A stretch of DNA of 32,000 nucleotides from Erysipelotrichaceae bacterium (GTDB taxonomy: Bacteria; Bacillota_I; Bacilli_A; Erysipelotrichales; Erysipelotrichaceae): contig JAUVVC010000001.1 of NCBI GenBank assembly GCA_030604855.1, positions 90,001 through 122,000 on the forward strand, written 5' to 3'. A program made the position numbers and the translations under genes. This document shows positions 16,551 to 25,089 of the stretch, one piece after another (position 1 is the first letter of the stretch; each line of letters begins with the position of its first letter). The notes under the pieces are model-generated. The model ran no database searches and had not been told where the DNA came from. It worked only from the letters and a program-made list of their open reading frames with translations.

Positions 16551-16652
16551 TTTTATTTAAAATTGATAATATCAAATTTTAGTGACTTGAAAATTTTGTA
16601 GTTTAAAGTAACGCAAAGGTTTGAAAATCACGCGATAAGATTCAATGTGGGT

Positions 16653-16687
16653 AAAGAGAAGGATAATCAAATGTCCTTCTCTTTTTT
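16653..16687 (+). terminator. Rho-independent terminator of pilA
   Basis: AAAGAGAAGGA (16653-16663) pairs with TCCTTCTCTTT (16674-16684) around a 10-nt loop, with a T-run to 16687. Confidence 0.85.
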
Positions 16688-18003
16688 CTTATGGTGTCTA
16701 AGTTGTTTATCTGAACGCATTTGACCAGAAAGTGCATAAAAAATCTTTGGATTTAGCGCGTAGATAATACGTTTTCTAAAACGAGTGAAGTTTTGAGAAC
16801 CATGTGTTATCGCAATATAGGCGCGCAGTTGACCATTTACATTTCCAGCTAAAGCATTGGATTGTTTACGATCGTTGTGAGGTCTTTGAAATGAGTTGAT
16901 AATCTCCTCTTGCCAATAATTAAGAGTCGAGTGAACTCATTATATTCAAGGATGACTGAAGCTTGAAAACGCAGAATCAGGGCATCTAACCAAGGACCTG
17001 CATTTTCATAGGTCGCAGTGTCATTAAAGAACTGATACGCTGTTTTAAGATTATAGGCATCTAAGAGTTTATCCGAAATACTAAAGATCATTTCGATGGG
17101 TTGACGCTTCGTTAATTTACGACCAAAGTGGTGATTATATTGGGGTTCTGTATCCAATTCAACTGCTTTTAAATCGAGTTAAATATGCCAAGTTTTTAAG
17201 AGATAGTAGGGATCACTCCCATGCATACATTGGTTCATAATGGATACTCGAATCTTCGTAGATGCGAAAGATAGATTCTTAACGACATGAAAAGGGTCGA
17301 CGGCGACCTTGCAGTTTTTAAATTGATGTGAAGCCACGTCTTTGTAAGGTTCCCACATATCAATGGTTACGAACTTTACAGAATCTCTTTGAGTCTTTGA
17401 ATACTGTTCGAAATGCTTATTTAAGTTGTGTTTAGACCGTGAATTCAAGATGTCGATCGGATATCTGTTTTCGTTATCGATAAGGATACAAAGATACGCG
17501 GAATCACGATAAGCCATCTTGGAGTGAAGCTCATCGATTCCAAGATTCTCAGGCAAAGAGGGCTTGGGGATAAAAACATATGAATCCAAGTACAATTGGA
17601 CCGTTGAAATCGAGATATGATTCAACTCAGCGATCCGCTTAAAATTAAGATCGAGTTGACCGAGCTGCTTCATGATTCGATCCATTAATGCGTAACTTTT
17701 ATTGAACCCTGAAAATGAAAAAGGATTGGTTTCGAAAAATGTTCGATGACAATCCTTACAGATATAGCGTCTTGCGTGATAATGAATCATTCCATCAAAA
17801 TCAATTAAATTAGGATGATGGATCTTTAATTCTTTTTGTCCATGGGAGATCGCATCTTCTCCACAATACGGACATGTATGCCGCTTCAATTTGAGTTTAA
17901 TATGATAATGAAAAATGGATGCTTGTTTAAATGCTTCAAGTGATTCAATATCATCTAACTTCACATTAAACAGGGCTGTGATAAAATCGGGTTGTGGAAT
18001 CAT
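16667..18003 (-). pseudogene. ISL3-family transposase broken into three reading frames (at least 2 frameshifts)
   Basis: The N-terminal 274 aa (18003-17179) carry the zinc-finger CPYCG...CKDC and HTH region. The middle 102-aa ORF runs 17157-16849. The C-terminal part appears only in a third frame (TLNYWQEEIINSFQRPHNDRKQSNALAGNVNGQLRAYIAITHGSQNFTRFRKRIIY, my own translation) and ends at TGA 16669-16667. Confidence 0.8.
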
Positions 18004-18113
18004 TGTATTCCTCCTTCGTGTGCTTTTTGCTCGTAACTATAAAGTAACACGAAGTCTTCTATTGCCCACACCTAAGCTTACAGTCCACCCACACCATATC
18101 TTATAGACACCCC
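16688..18113 (-). mobile_element. ISL3-family insertion sequence, decayed (~1.4 kb); ends approximate
   Basis: Encloses an ISL3 transposase reading frame. Imperfect terminal inverted repeats GGTGTCTAAG (16693-16702) and CTTATAGACACC (18100-18111, reverse complement GGTGTCTATAAG). I could not identify a target-site duplication. Confidence 0.7.
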
Positions 18114-18307
18114 ACACGATATCTTAAAGCGTCTTTTTATATTATTTGTATTATTATAATCAACTTGGAAAATATTTATCAGAAACATTCAATAATAATT
18201 AAGACTTAGAAGAAACACTATAGATAATTTCCACTCTCACATAATACCTTAAATGTAAAACTATATGAATTAAGTCCTCTGAAAACTCCATTGTTGGAAT
18301 ACTTTTT

Positions 18308-18336
18308 TTGCTTTCTTTTCTAATAAAGCGTATACT
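18308..18336 (+). promoter_or_regulatory. Promoter of the DEAD-box helicase gene
   Basis: TTGCTT (18308-18313), 17-nt spacer, TATACT (18331-18336). AAGGAG SD before ATG 18360. Confidence 0.5.
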
Positions 18337-18359
18337 ACATAAGTTATTTAAGGAGAATT

Positions 18360-19640
18360 ATGCAATTTAATGAATTAGAACTTATCGAGCCACTTAAGAA
18401 AGCATTGGCTCAAGAAGGATACACAGAACCTACACCCATTCAGGCCCAAGCCATTCCTTTTGTCTTACAAGGTCGTGATTGTTTAGGCATCGCACAAACC
18501 GGGACAGGGAAGACCGCTGCGTTTGCTTTACCCATCCTACAAGCTTTGGCATCCCAGAGTACGGTCAAAAGAAGTCTACGTCCCATCTCTGCATTGGTAT
18601 TGGCTCCAACCCGTGAATTGGCCATTCAGATTGAAGAGAGCTTCAGAGTCTATGGAAAGCACTTGAATTTGAAGTCGACTGTCATCTATGGGGGAGTTGG
18701 TCAAAAGGCTCAAACCACAGCTTTGGCACTGGGAATCGATATCTTGGTGGCGACACCTGGACGATTGTTGGATCTTATCGGACAGAAACACATCAAGTTG
18801 AATCAAGTCAAACACTTTGTCTTGGATGAAGCCGATATGATGTTGGATATGGGTATGATCCACGATGTACGTCGAATCATCGATCTTTTACCGCATGAAC
18901 GTCAGAACCTATTGTTTTCGGCCACCATGCCTAAAGAAATCGCCAACCTTTCCTCAAGCATTCTTCGTGATCCAGTCAAAGTCAGTGTCACACCGGTCGC
19001 ATCCACGGTCGATACGATCAATCAAAGTGTCTACTTTGTGGCTAAAGATAACAAGATCAGTTTGTTAGTCAAGTTATTGAAGGATATGCAAATGGAATCC
19101 GTATTGATCTTCTCACGCACCAAACATGGTGCGGACAAGATCGTAAAGGCTTTATCCCATGCCCATATACAGGCTTTAGCCATTCATGGGAATAAGTCAC
19201 AGAACAATCGTCAAATGGCTTTAAACGCCTTTAAAACGCGTCAGGTGAAGATTCTTGTGGCAACCGACATCGCAGCCCGTGGTTTGGACATCGATGAGTT
19301 ATCCCATGTGTTGATCTATGACCAACCTGAAGTGCCTGAAACCTATGTGCACCGTATCGGACGTACCGGTCGTGCAGGCTTGGGAGGCGTTGCCATCAGC
19401 TTCTGCGATCCTGAGGAATATGTTTATTTCAAAGGTGTATTGAAGTTGATTCAAAAAGACATTCCTGTCATCAAGAACCATCCTTTTGCCATTCAGATCG
19501 ATGAGAATGCGGTGGTCAAAAAAGTCGCAAAGACGAATCATCGTCCCAAGCGCAATCCTTCCGCCCATCCTTGGGATAAACAAGCCAAGGCCAAAAAACA
19601 AAGACCATCGAACTTCAACACCCGTAAGCCTAAAGCTTAG
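18360..19640 (+). CDS. DEAD-box ATP-dependent RNA helicase (RhlE/CshA-like) with basic C-terminal tail
   Basis: Q-motif TPIQ, AQTGTGKT, PTRELA, DEAD, SAT, HRIGRTGRAG. Lys/Arg-rich C-terminal 40 aa. Confidence 0.95.
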   Translation: MQFNELELIEPLKKALAQEGYTEPTPIQAQAIPFVLQGRDCLGIAQTGTGKTAAFALPILQALASQSTVKRSLRPISALVLAPTRELAIQIEESFRVYGKHLNLKSTVIYGGVGQKAQTTALALGIDILVATPGRLLDLIGQKHIKLNQVKHFVLDEADMMLDMGMIHDVRRIIDLLPHERQNLLFSATMPKEIANLSSSILRDPVKVSVTPVASTVDTINQSVYFVAKDNKISLLVKLLKDMQMESVLIFSRTKHGADKIVKALSHAHIQALAIHGNKSQNNRQMALNAFKTRQVKILVATDIAARGLDIDELSHVLIYDQPEVPETYVHRIGRTGRAGLGGVAISFCDPEEYVYFKGVLKLIQKDIPVIKNHPFAIQIDENAVVKKVAKTNHRPKRNPSAHPWDKQAKAKKQRPSNFNTRKPKA

Positions 19641-19658
19641 GGGTGTTTTTCATGAGAA

Positions 19659-19678
19659 AAGAAGGACTAGTCCTTCTT
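19659..19678. terminator. Perfect 20-nt palindrome between convergent genes; likely terminator for the minus-strand EAL gene
   Basis: AAGAAGGACTAGTCCTTCTT gives an 8-bp stem and CTAG loop. On the minus strand it is followed by TTTTCTC. It contains the stop codon of the minus-strand gene (19667-19669). Confidence 0.55.
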
Positions 19679-21244
19679 GATGACTTCATTCAAAGTGTTG
19701 GGTTTGCCAAAGTGATACCCTTGACCATAATGACAGCCCAGTTCAATAAAGAACTGCTTCTGCACTTCGGTCTCAATACCTTCCGCAATGATCTTAAGTT
19801 TAAGTTTATGTCCTAAGTCGATGATGGAGCTGAGGATCTCTTGTTGCTTACCTTGGCCTTTTTGTAATGCAAAGGTACGATCGATCTTCATCGTATCGAT
19901 CGGGAGTTGATGTAGATAGGTGAGTGAGGAATAACCGGTCCCAAAGTCATCCAAAGCGATGGTGAAACCCAATTGTTTCAAACGCATCAGATTACGTTTC
20001 GCCAAATCAAAGTTCTCAATGATGGCTGTCTCGGTGATTTCAATCTGAACATTGGTAGTGGATATCTTTGCATTCTTCAAGAGTCGCTCAATCGTATGGA
20101 TGAAACTGATGTCCACCAGACCCTTTGACGAGAGATTGATTGAAAGCATCAGATCCACACCGTTTTGAGCTTGAACCTTGATTTCATGGAAACACTGCTC
20201 AAAGACATACTCCTCCAAAGTACTGATCAAATTGGTCGTCTCCGCCACATGGATGAACACATCCGGTGAAACCTTACCCAAAACTTTGGAGTCCCACCTC
20301 AACAAGGCTTCATACCCAAGCAATTCATCATTCCGCATGTCCACGACCGCTTGATACACCAGATACAATTCTTTATTTTCCAAAGCCTTACGCAACTCAT
20401 TGACCATGCGGATGCGATCCATGCGCTGATTGTGATAATCCTCTGTATAGAAGTTATAACTGTTCTTACTGATTCCCTTGAGATGATGCATCGCCGTATC
20501 CGCAGCCTTAAAAAGATCATCGAAACGCTGTCCATCTTTGGGATAAAGTGAAACCCCGATGCTTGACGTGATGAAGATGGATTGGCCCTCAAGGATCCGC
20601 TCCTGACTGATCAGACTCAAGAGTCCATTCAAACTTTGATTCAATTGAATCTGATTCCGCTCACTCAAATCATAAGTGATGATGAAGCCCGTCCCACTGC
20701 GTGATAAGGTATCCATCGATCCAAGCCGTTGCGATAAATCCTTCGTCAAATCGATGAGCAGGGCATCTCCGATCGAATACCCCAACAACTCATTGATCGT
20801 TGCGAAATCATCGATGTCCAAAGAGATCAAAGCGAAAGCAAGATTAGGATTCTTCTCGATGCGTTTATCGATGATCTCCGACAAGCGCCTGCGGTTGGGA
20901 AGTTGGGTCAACTCATCATGACTCTGTTGGTATAGGATGCGATCATTCAATTGCTTGTTGCGTCGTAAACGTACCCCAAGAATCGATGCAAAAAGAATCG
21001 CTGAGGCAAAGACATAGAACCAACCTTTAGCGGTTTGAAATTCCACCAATAGATCGAAGTCTTTAACCATCATGGCTAAAAGATCATCCGAAGTGGTGAT
21101 CCACAACAAACCCACGATCAAATAGATGGCCGTGAAACGAATGACTTCGTACTCCGGACTTCCAATCCATTTTTCGTTGAAAAGTTGACGTTCAAGTTTG
21201 ATGAAGAAATCGTGTAACTTTTTCATAGTGATTTTCAATATCAT
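19667..21244 (-). CDS. Membrane-anchored c-di-GMP phosphodiesterase: TM region, degenerate GGDEF domain, intact EAL domain
   Basis: GGDEF-domain features LPNRRRL and DIDDFATIN are present, but the signature reads RSGTGF (20701-20684) instead of RxGGDEF. EAL residues are intact (EALLRW, INLS, EITE, DDFGTGYSS, KIDR, EGIE, QG). Start moved to ATG 21244 (or 21226) because the listed start 21337 overlaps the upstream gene and its terminator. Confidence 0.85.
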   Translation of the reverse strand: MILKITMKKLHDFFIKLERQLFNEKWIGSPEYEVIRFTAIYLIVGLLWITTSDDLLAMMVKDFDLLVEFQTAKGWFYVFASAILFASILGVRLRRNKQLNDRILYQQSHDELTQLPNRRRLSEIIDKRIEKNPNLAFALISLDIDDFATINELLGYSIGDALLIDLTKDLSQRLGSMDTLSRSGTGFIITYDLSERNQIQLNQSLNGLLSLISQERILEGQSIFITSSIGVSLYPKDGQRFDDLFKAADTAMHHLKGISKNSYNFYTEDYHNQRMDRIRMVNELRKALENKELYLVYQAVVDMRNDELLGYEALLRWDSKVLGKVSPDVFIHVAETTNLISTLEEYVFEQCFHEIKVQAQNGVDLMLSINLSSKGLVDISFIHTIERLLKNAKISTTNVQIEITETAIIENFDLAKRNLMRLKQLGFTIALDDFGTGYSSLTYLHQLPIDTMKIDRTFALQKGQGKQQEILSSIIDLGHKLKLKIIAEGIETEVQKQFFIELGCHYGQGYHFGKPNTLNEVIKKD

Positions 21245-21270
21245 AATAACACAGTCCTTAATCGAGACAA

Positions 21271-21295
21271 TAAAAAAGGCGTAATGGATACGCCT
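21271..21295 (-). terminator. Rho-independent terminator between the two tandem GGDEF-EAL genes
   Basis: The minus strand reads AGGCGTA-TCCAT-TACGCCT followed by TTTTTTA. The hairpin starts at the stop codon of the upstream gene (21296-21294). Confidence 0.75.
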
Positions 21296-23588
21296 AGATG
21301 TTGTGTTCTTCCATTCGTTTTGGCTTGGAGATGACATAACCTTGGATCATGTCACAACCAAAGTGCTTAAGTAGATCGATTTGCTCCTGTGTTTCAACGC
21401 CTTCAGCCACCACCAACAACTTTAAGTTATGGGCCAAAGTTATCATGGAGCTGACCAATTGACGGGTGGGTTCATCGTTCATCATTTTATGGACAAAGGA
21501 CTTATCAATCTTGATGTGATCGATGGGGAAACGACTCAAATACGCCAAAGAGGAATACCCCGTACCGAAGTCATCGATCGCGATCTTACAGCCAATCGCT
21601 TTGATTTGATGAAGATCCATGAGTTTGACCTCCACATCGTCCATGGCTGTACTCTCGGTCAATTCGATGCACAGATTTTCCGGTTTTACCCCGATGACTT
21701 TGATGCGATTCTTCAGGAAGGTGATGAAATGCGTATCCTTCAACTGCAAGGCCGAGACATTGAGTGCCAAGACCAGGTCTGGATTTTTTTGATTCAAACG
21801 CTTCAACTCCAAAATGGCTTCATTCAGGATATAGCGACCAATCTCAATGATCTGAGAATTGTTTTCGGCGATCGTAATGATGGTTTGTATGGATTCCTGG
21901 TAAAAAGTGGGGTGATTCCAACGCAATAAAGTCTCAAAGCCGCTGATTTCCATTGTGTTCAAATTCACGATGGGCTGATATACCGGATAAAGTTCTTTCT
22001 TTTCAATAGCCTTGAAGAGTTCAGACTCGATATCTTGTTCCTTCTTGATCTCTTGTTGGATGCCATCTTCATAAAAGACCGCAAGATTGCCTCCCAGCTT
22101 CTTAGCTTTTAGTTTAGCTAAGGTCGCATTGTGAATGGTCGTTTCAATCTCATGAAGTTTGTCGTGACATGCAAAGCCGCAGGACAGGCTCAAATGGATC
22201 TCAATGTCCATGATTTTGAAAGGTCTTTGCGTCATCGCCAAGAGGCGTTGGATGCGTAAACGAATGACTTCCTCATTCTCCGCATGCAAGAAGAGAATCA
22301 TCTCATCCCCGAAATAACGGGCCACCAACTCATACGCATAAAGACTGCTGTTGAGAAGCTCGGCAAATTGCTTTAAAGTCTCATTGCCGAAACCATAGCC
22401 TCCCATGCTGTTGATCTTCTTGAAATCATCGATGGAAAGGACGATGACATAATATTGCTTATCGGGATGCTCGAGCGTTAGTCGCTGCGCATCCAAGAGA
22501 TAAGAACGATAGTTGGCCACTTGAGTGACGGGGTCCACAAAAGTCAGATTCTTGATCTCATTGAGCATGCGGTTGAAACCTTGGCCTGCCACACCCAGTT
22601 CATTTTGAACTTTTGAGTCTGCGACGACACTCAGGTCACCCTTTTCCGCACGTGCAAAGACTTCAGTCAATTTGATGATTGGTTTGGTTAAGCTGTTTGC
22701 ATAAATAAAAGAAAAGCTGATCAAAGATAATAGACTGAGAATGACTGCCCAGTTGATGTAAGTCATGACCGCATTCAACTGACTGAACGCTTGGGATTCT
22801 TGAACAGAGATGACCAATTTCCAATCATTCGTATTGTGTATTGGTGAATAAACGGCCAACATCTTCTCATTGTTATAACCGAGATAGTTGAAAAAACCCT
22901 GGCTCGATGAAAAGGGTTGGACATCGATTTCTTTGATGACATCTGTATAATCTTCATTGATATTGATCTCAGGATCCGGGTGTGCGACGATGCGTCCATT
23001 GCCATCCACAATCCAAGCGTATCCATAAGAATCAAAGTGGATATCACTGATGATGGTCTCCATGAAAGTCGTCGTCAAAACCGCATTCAACAAGCCGATC
23101 GTCGTGCTTTCACGCTGAATCGCATAGGATAAGGTGATGATCGGCACGTTCTCATAGAAGTACGGGCTGAAGAATGGGTTTGAGATGGAGTAGAGTTTAT
23201 TTCGTACAAAGATATTTGTAAACTGTTCTTGTTCTCGAATATCAATGCTTGCGCCATAGGTTGTCCAAGCGCGTCCATCGGGAAGTGCGATCGTCATGCC
23301 TTTAAAATCACTGTGATTCAATAAACTGGACAAATACGGAAGAATCGCTTCCACATCCATGGACTCTAAAAAATCCGTATGGGCGATCATATGCACTTTA
23401 TTCAAATGCCCTTGAAGTTCTTTAGACAGTTCATCCGCTCGCGCACGTGTGATTTCACCGTAAAAATTACGTTCATGGACGCGAAGTTCATTGAGCTTAT
23501 TTTCAATCGCTATGTTTAAGACGCCAAAAATCACAATTGAGACAATTGCGATCACGGCGATCATTTGAAAACGAATTTTTTTGAACAT
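21294..23588 (-). CDS. Sensor protein: TM, Cache-like extracytoplasmic domain, TM, HAMP, degenerate GGDEF, EAL
   Basis: Two TM helices flank about 260 aa containing YAWIVDGNGRIVAHPD (Cache-like). HAMP-like segment LTKPIIKLTEVFARAEKGDL. The GGDEF signature reads YFGDEM (22316-22299). The EAL domain has ETLLRW, NVS, ELTE, DDFGTGYSS, KIDK, EGVE, QG. Confidence 0.85.
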   Translation of the reverse strand: MFKKIRFQMIAVIAIVSIVIFGVLNIAIENKLNELRVHERNFYGEITRARADELSKELQGHLNKVHMIAHTDFLESMDVEAILPYLSSLLNHSDFKGMTIALPDGRAWTTYGASIDIREQEQFTNIFVRNKLYSISNPFFSPYFYENVPIITLSYAIQRESTTIGLLNAVLTTTFMETIISDIHFDSYGYAWIVDGNGRIVAHPDPEININEDYTDVIKEIDVQPFSSSQGFFNYLGYNNEKMLAVYSPIHNTNDWKLVISVQESQAFSQLNAVMTYINWAVILSLLSLISFSFIYANSLTKPIIKLTEVFARAEKGDLSVVADSKVQNELGVAGQGFNRMLNEIKNLTFVDPVTQVANYRSYLLDAQRLTLEHPDKQYYVIVLSIDDFKKINSMGGYGFGNETLKQFAELLNSSLYAYELVARYFGDEMILFLHAENEEVIRLRIQRLLAMTQRPFKIMDIEIHLSLSCGFACHDKLHEIETTIHNATLAKLKAKKLGGNLAVFYEDGIQQEIKKEQDIESELFKAIEKKELYPVYQPIVNLNTMEISGFETLLRWNHPTFYQESIQTIITIAENNSQIIEIGRYILNEAILELKRLNQKNPDLVLALNVSALQLKDTHFITFLKNRIKVIGVKPENLCIELTESTAMDDVEVKLMDLHQIKAIGCKIAIDDFGTGYSSLAYLSRFPIDHIKIDKSFVHKMMNDEPTRQLVSSMITLAHNLKLLVVAEGVETQEQIDLLKHFGCDMIQGYVISKPKRMEEHNI

Positions 23589-23635
23589 TCAAACATAGTA
23601 TAACGAAAATGCGGGAAATAATACACTAAAAGCAC

Positions 23636-23664
23636 TTGACATCAAACATATATAGGAATATATT
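23636..23664 (+). promoter_or_regulatory. Promoter of the TetR-flavodoxin-FMN_bind-membrane operon
   Basis: TTGACA (23636-23641), 17-nt spacer, TATATT (23659-23664). Confidence 0.6.
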
Positions 23665-23693
23665 AACAGTGTTCATAAAATAGAGAGGTGTTC

Positions 23694-24248
23694 ATGTCAC
23701 AAATCAAACGCCAACGCATCACGCAAATCTTCGTCGAAACAGCGATTCGACAGATCAAGGATCAGGGCATCGAAAGTCTGAGTGTACGCAAGATCGCAGA
23801 TGAGACAGGGTATTCGTATGCGACCATCTACAATTACTTTTCAGATTTCAATGCTTTGTTGTGGGCGTGTAAGAAACAGATGATCCAAACTTTAACGGAG
23901 CACATGTTGAGTGAAACAGTTGAAGCATCCAAAGCGGGGGTCCATGCGCTTTTCAAGCGCTATGTGCATTATTTTCTGGACCATCCTCATGTCTTTCGAT
24001 TTTTCTATTTCCATCATGTTCATCCAGGTGAAGAGCGGTTCAATGAATTTGGCTTTGATGCTTTGATGATGAAGTCTTTTCACTTCTTGAAGAATGAGAA
24101 AGACGATCAAAGCATCCAAGCGATCGCACTTACCTGCATTTATGCCATCCATGGCATACTGCAATTACATTTCAGTGGGAATGATCAAGCCGATCAAGCA
24201 AGCATCGATCTCAGCATCGATACCTGCTTGGATGTCTTGCTTCAATAG
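23694..24248 (+). CDS. TetR/AcrR-family transcriptional regulator
   Basis: N-terminal HTH LSVRKIADETGYSYATIYNYFSD. About 185 aa, all-helical. AGAGAGG SD 5-6 nt before ATG 23694. The listed start 23688 is a GTG. Confidence 0.9.
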   Translation: MSQIKRQRITQIFVETAIRQIKDQGIESLSVRKIADETGYSYATIYNYFSDFNALLWACKKQMIQTLTEHMLSETVEASKAGVHALFKRYVHYFLDHPHVFRFFYFHHVHPGEERFNEFGFDALMMKSFHFLKNEKDDQSIQAIALTCIYAIHGILQLHFSGNDQADQASIDLSIDTCLDVLLQ

Positions 24249-24259
24249 GAGATAAGTTC

Positions 24260-24712
24260 ATGAAAATCAAGATGATCGTTTATTCGTATACCCACAACAC
24301 GCTGCATTTGATCCAAGAATGGGCCCAGCGCTTGAACCAACACGATGTACAGATCGCATCCATCCATGCAGTGGATGAGGATCCCAATGTCAAAGCCATC
24401 ACACTGTCTGAGAAACCAAGTGTGGATGGGCAGGATCATCTGGTTTTCGCAACCTGTGTGCGTGGTTTTGCCTTGGCTCCCATCATGGAAGCGTATCTCA
24501 AACAAATCCCGAATCTACGCGGTCAAAAATGCACTTTGGTCTTGACTCATTATTTCCCCTTTGATGCCTGGGGTGGTAATCAAGCCATGCATCAATTCAA
24601 ACATTTGGTTGAGGCAAAAGGTGGCATTGTCACTGCCACTTTCATCTATAGCCGAAGTCGTAAAAGCAAAGCGCAAAAAGAAAGCCTTTTGAGTCATGTC
24701 CCGCAAGCTTAA
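24260..24712 (+). CDS. Flavodoxin-like fold protein
   Basis: 150 aa. KMIVYSYTHNT resembles the flavodoxin S-x-T-G-N-T phosphate-binding loop, with H replacing G. Alternating beta/alpha pattern. AGGAGA SD. Confidence 0.55.
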   Translation: MKIKMIVYSYTHNTLHLIQEWAQRLNQHDVQIASIHAVDEDPNVKAITLSEKPSVDGQDHLVFATCVRGFALAPIMEAYLKQIPNLRGQKCTLVLTHYFPFDAWGGNQAMHQFKHLVEAKGGIVTATFIYSRSRKSKAQKESLLSHVPQA

Positions 24713-25089
24713 GATCTTCTTGATGGTGTTTCTGCTGTTTTCGGTGGGTATATATTTTGGGTATCAGAAACTGAATGCGGATTTGGAAAACTTAAATAAG
24801 CAGGTCTTGAACACCCCCCGATCCTTCTAGATGGAAAGATGGATCTTACGAAGGTGAAGCGTCGCAATTTCCCATCAAGGTGAAAGTGGAAGTAAAGATT
24901 CAAACGAATCAGATTACGGACATCACACTGCTTGAACATCAAACCGGGGAAGGGCAGAGTGCTGAAGTCATTGTCCAAGATGTTTTGGCTGCCCAGTCAT
25001 TGGAGGTGGATGTGATCACGGGTGCGACCTATAGTTCCATTTTGATTCTAAAAGCCATTGAAGATGCCTTGGAGAAAGCAGATGAATAG
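24696..25089 (+). pseudogene. Membrane-anchored FMN-binding (FMN_bind) domain protein interrupted by a +1 frameshift in a C6 run
   Basis: Frame 1 (24696-24830) gives MSRKLKIFLMVFLLFSVGIYFGYQ...VLNTPRSF*. Removing one C from CCCCCC (24814-24819) gives ...VLNTPDPSRWKDGSYEGEASQFPIKVKVEVKIQTNQITDITLLEHQTGEGQS...VDVITGATYSS, a contiguous FMN_bind domain ending at 25089. Confidence 0.8.

Noticed and set aside
21245-21337. Longer N-terminus of the downstream GGDEF-EAL gene
   Set aside because: The extension overlaps the end of the upstream gene and its rho-independent terminator (21271-21295). ATG 21244 has an AAGGA box, and the hydrophobic N-terminal region starts after it.
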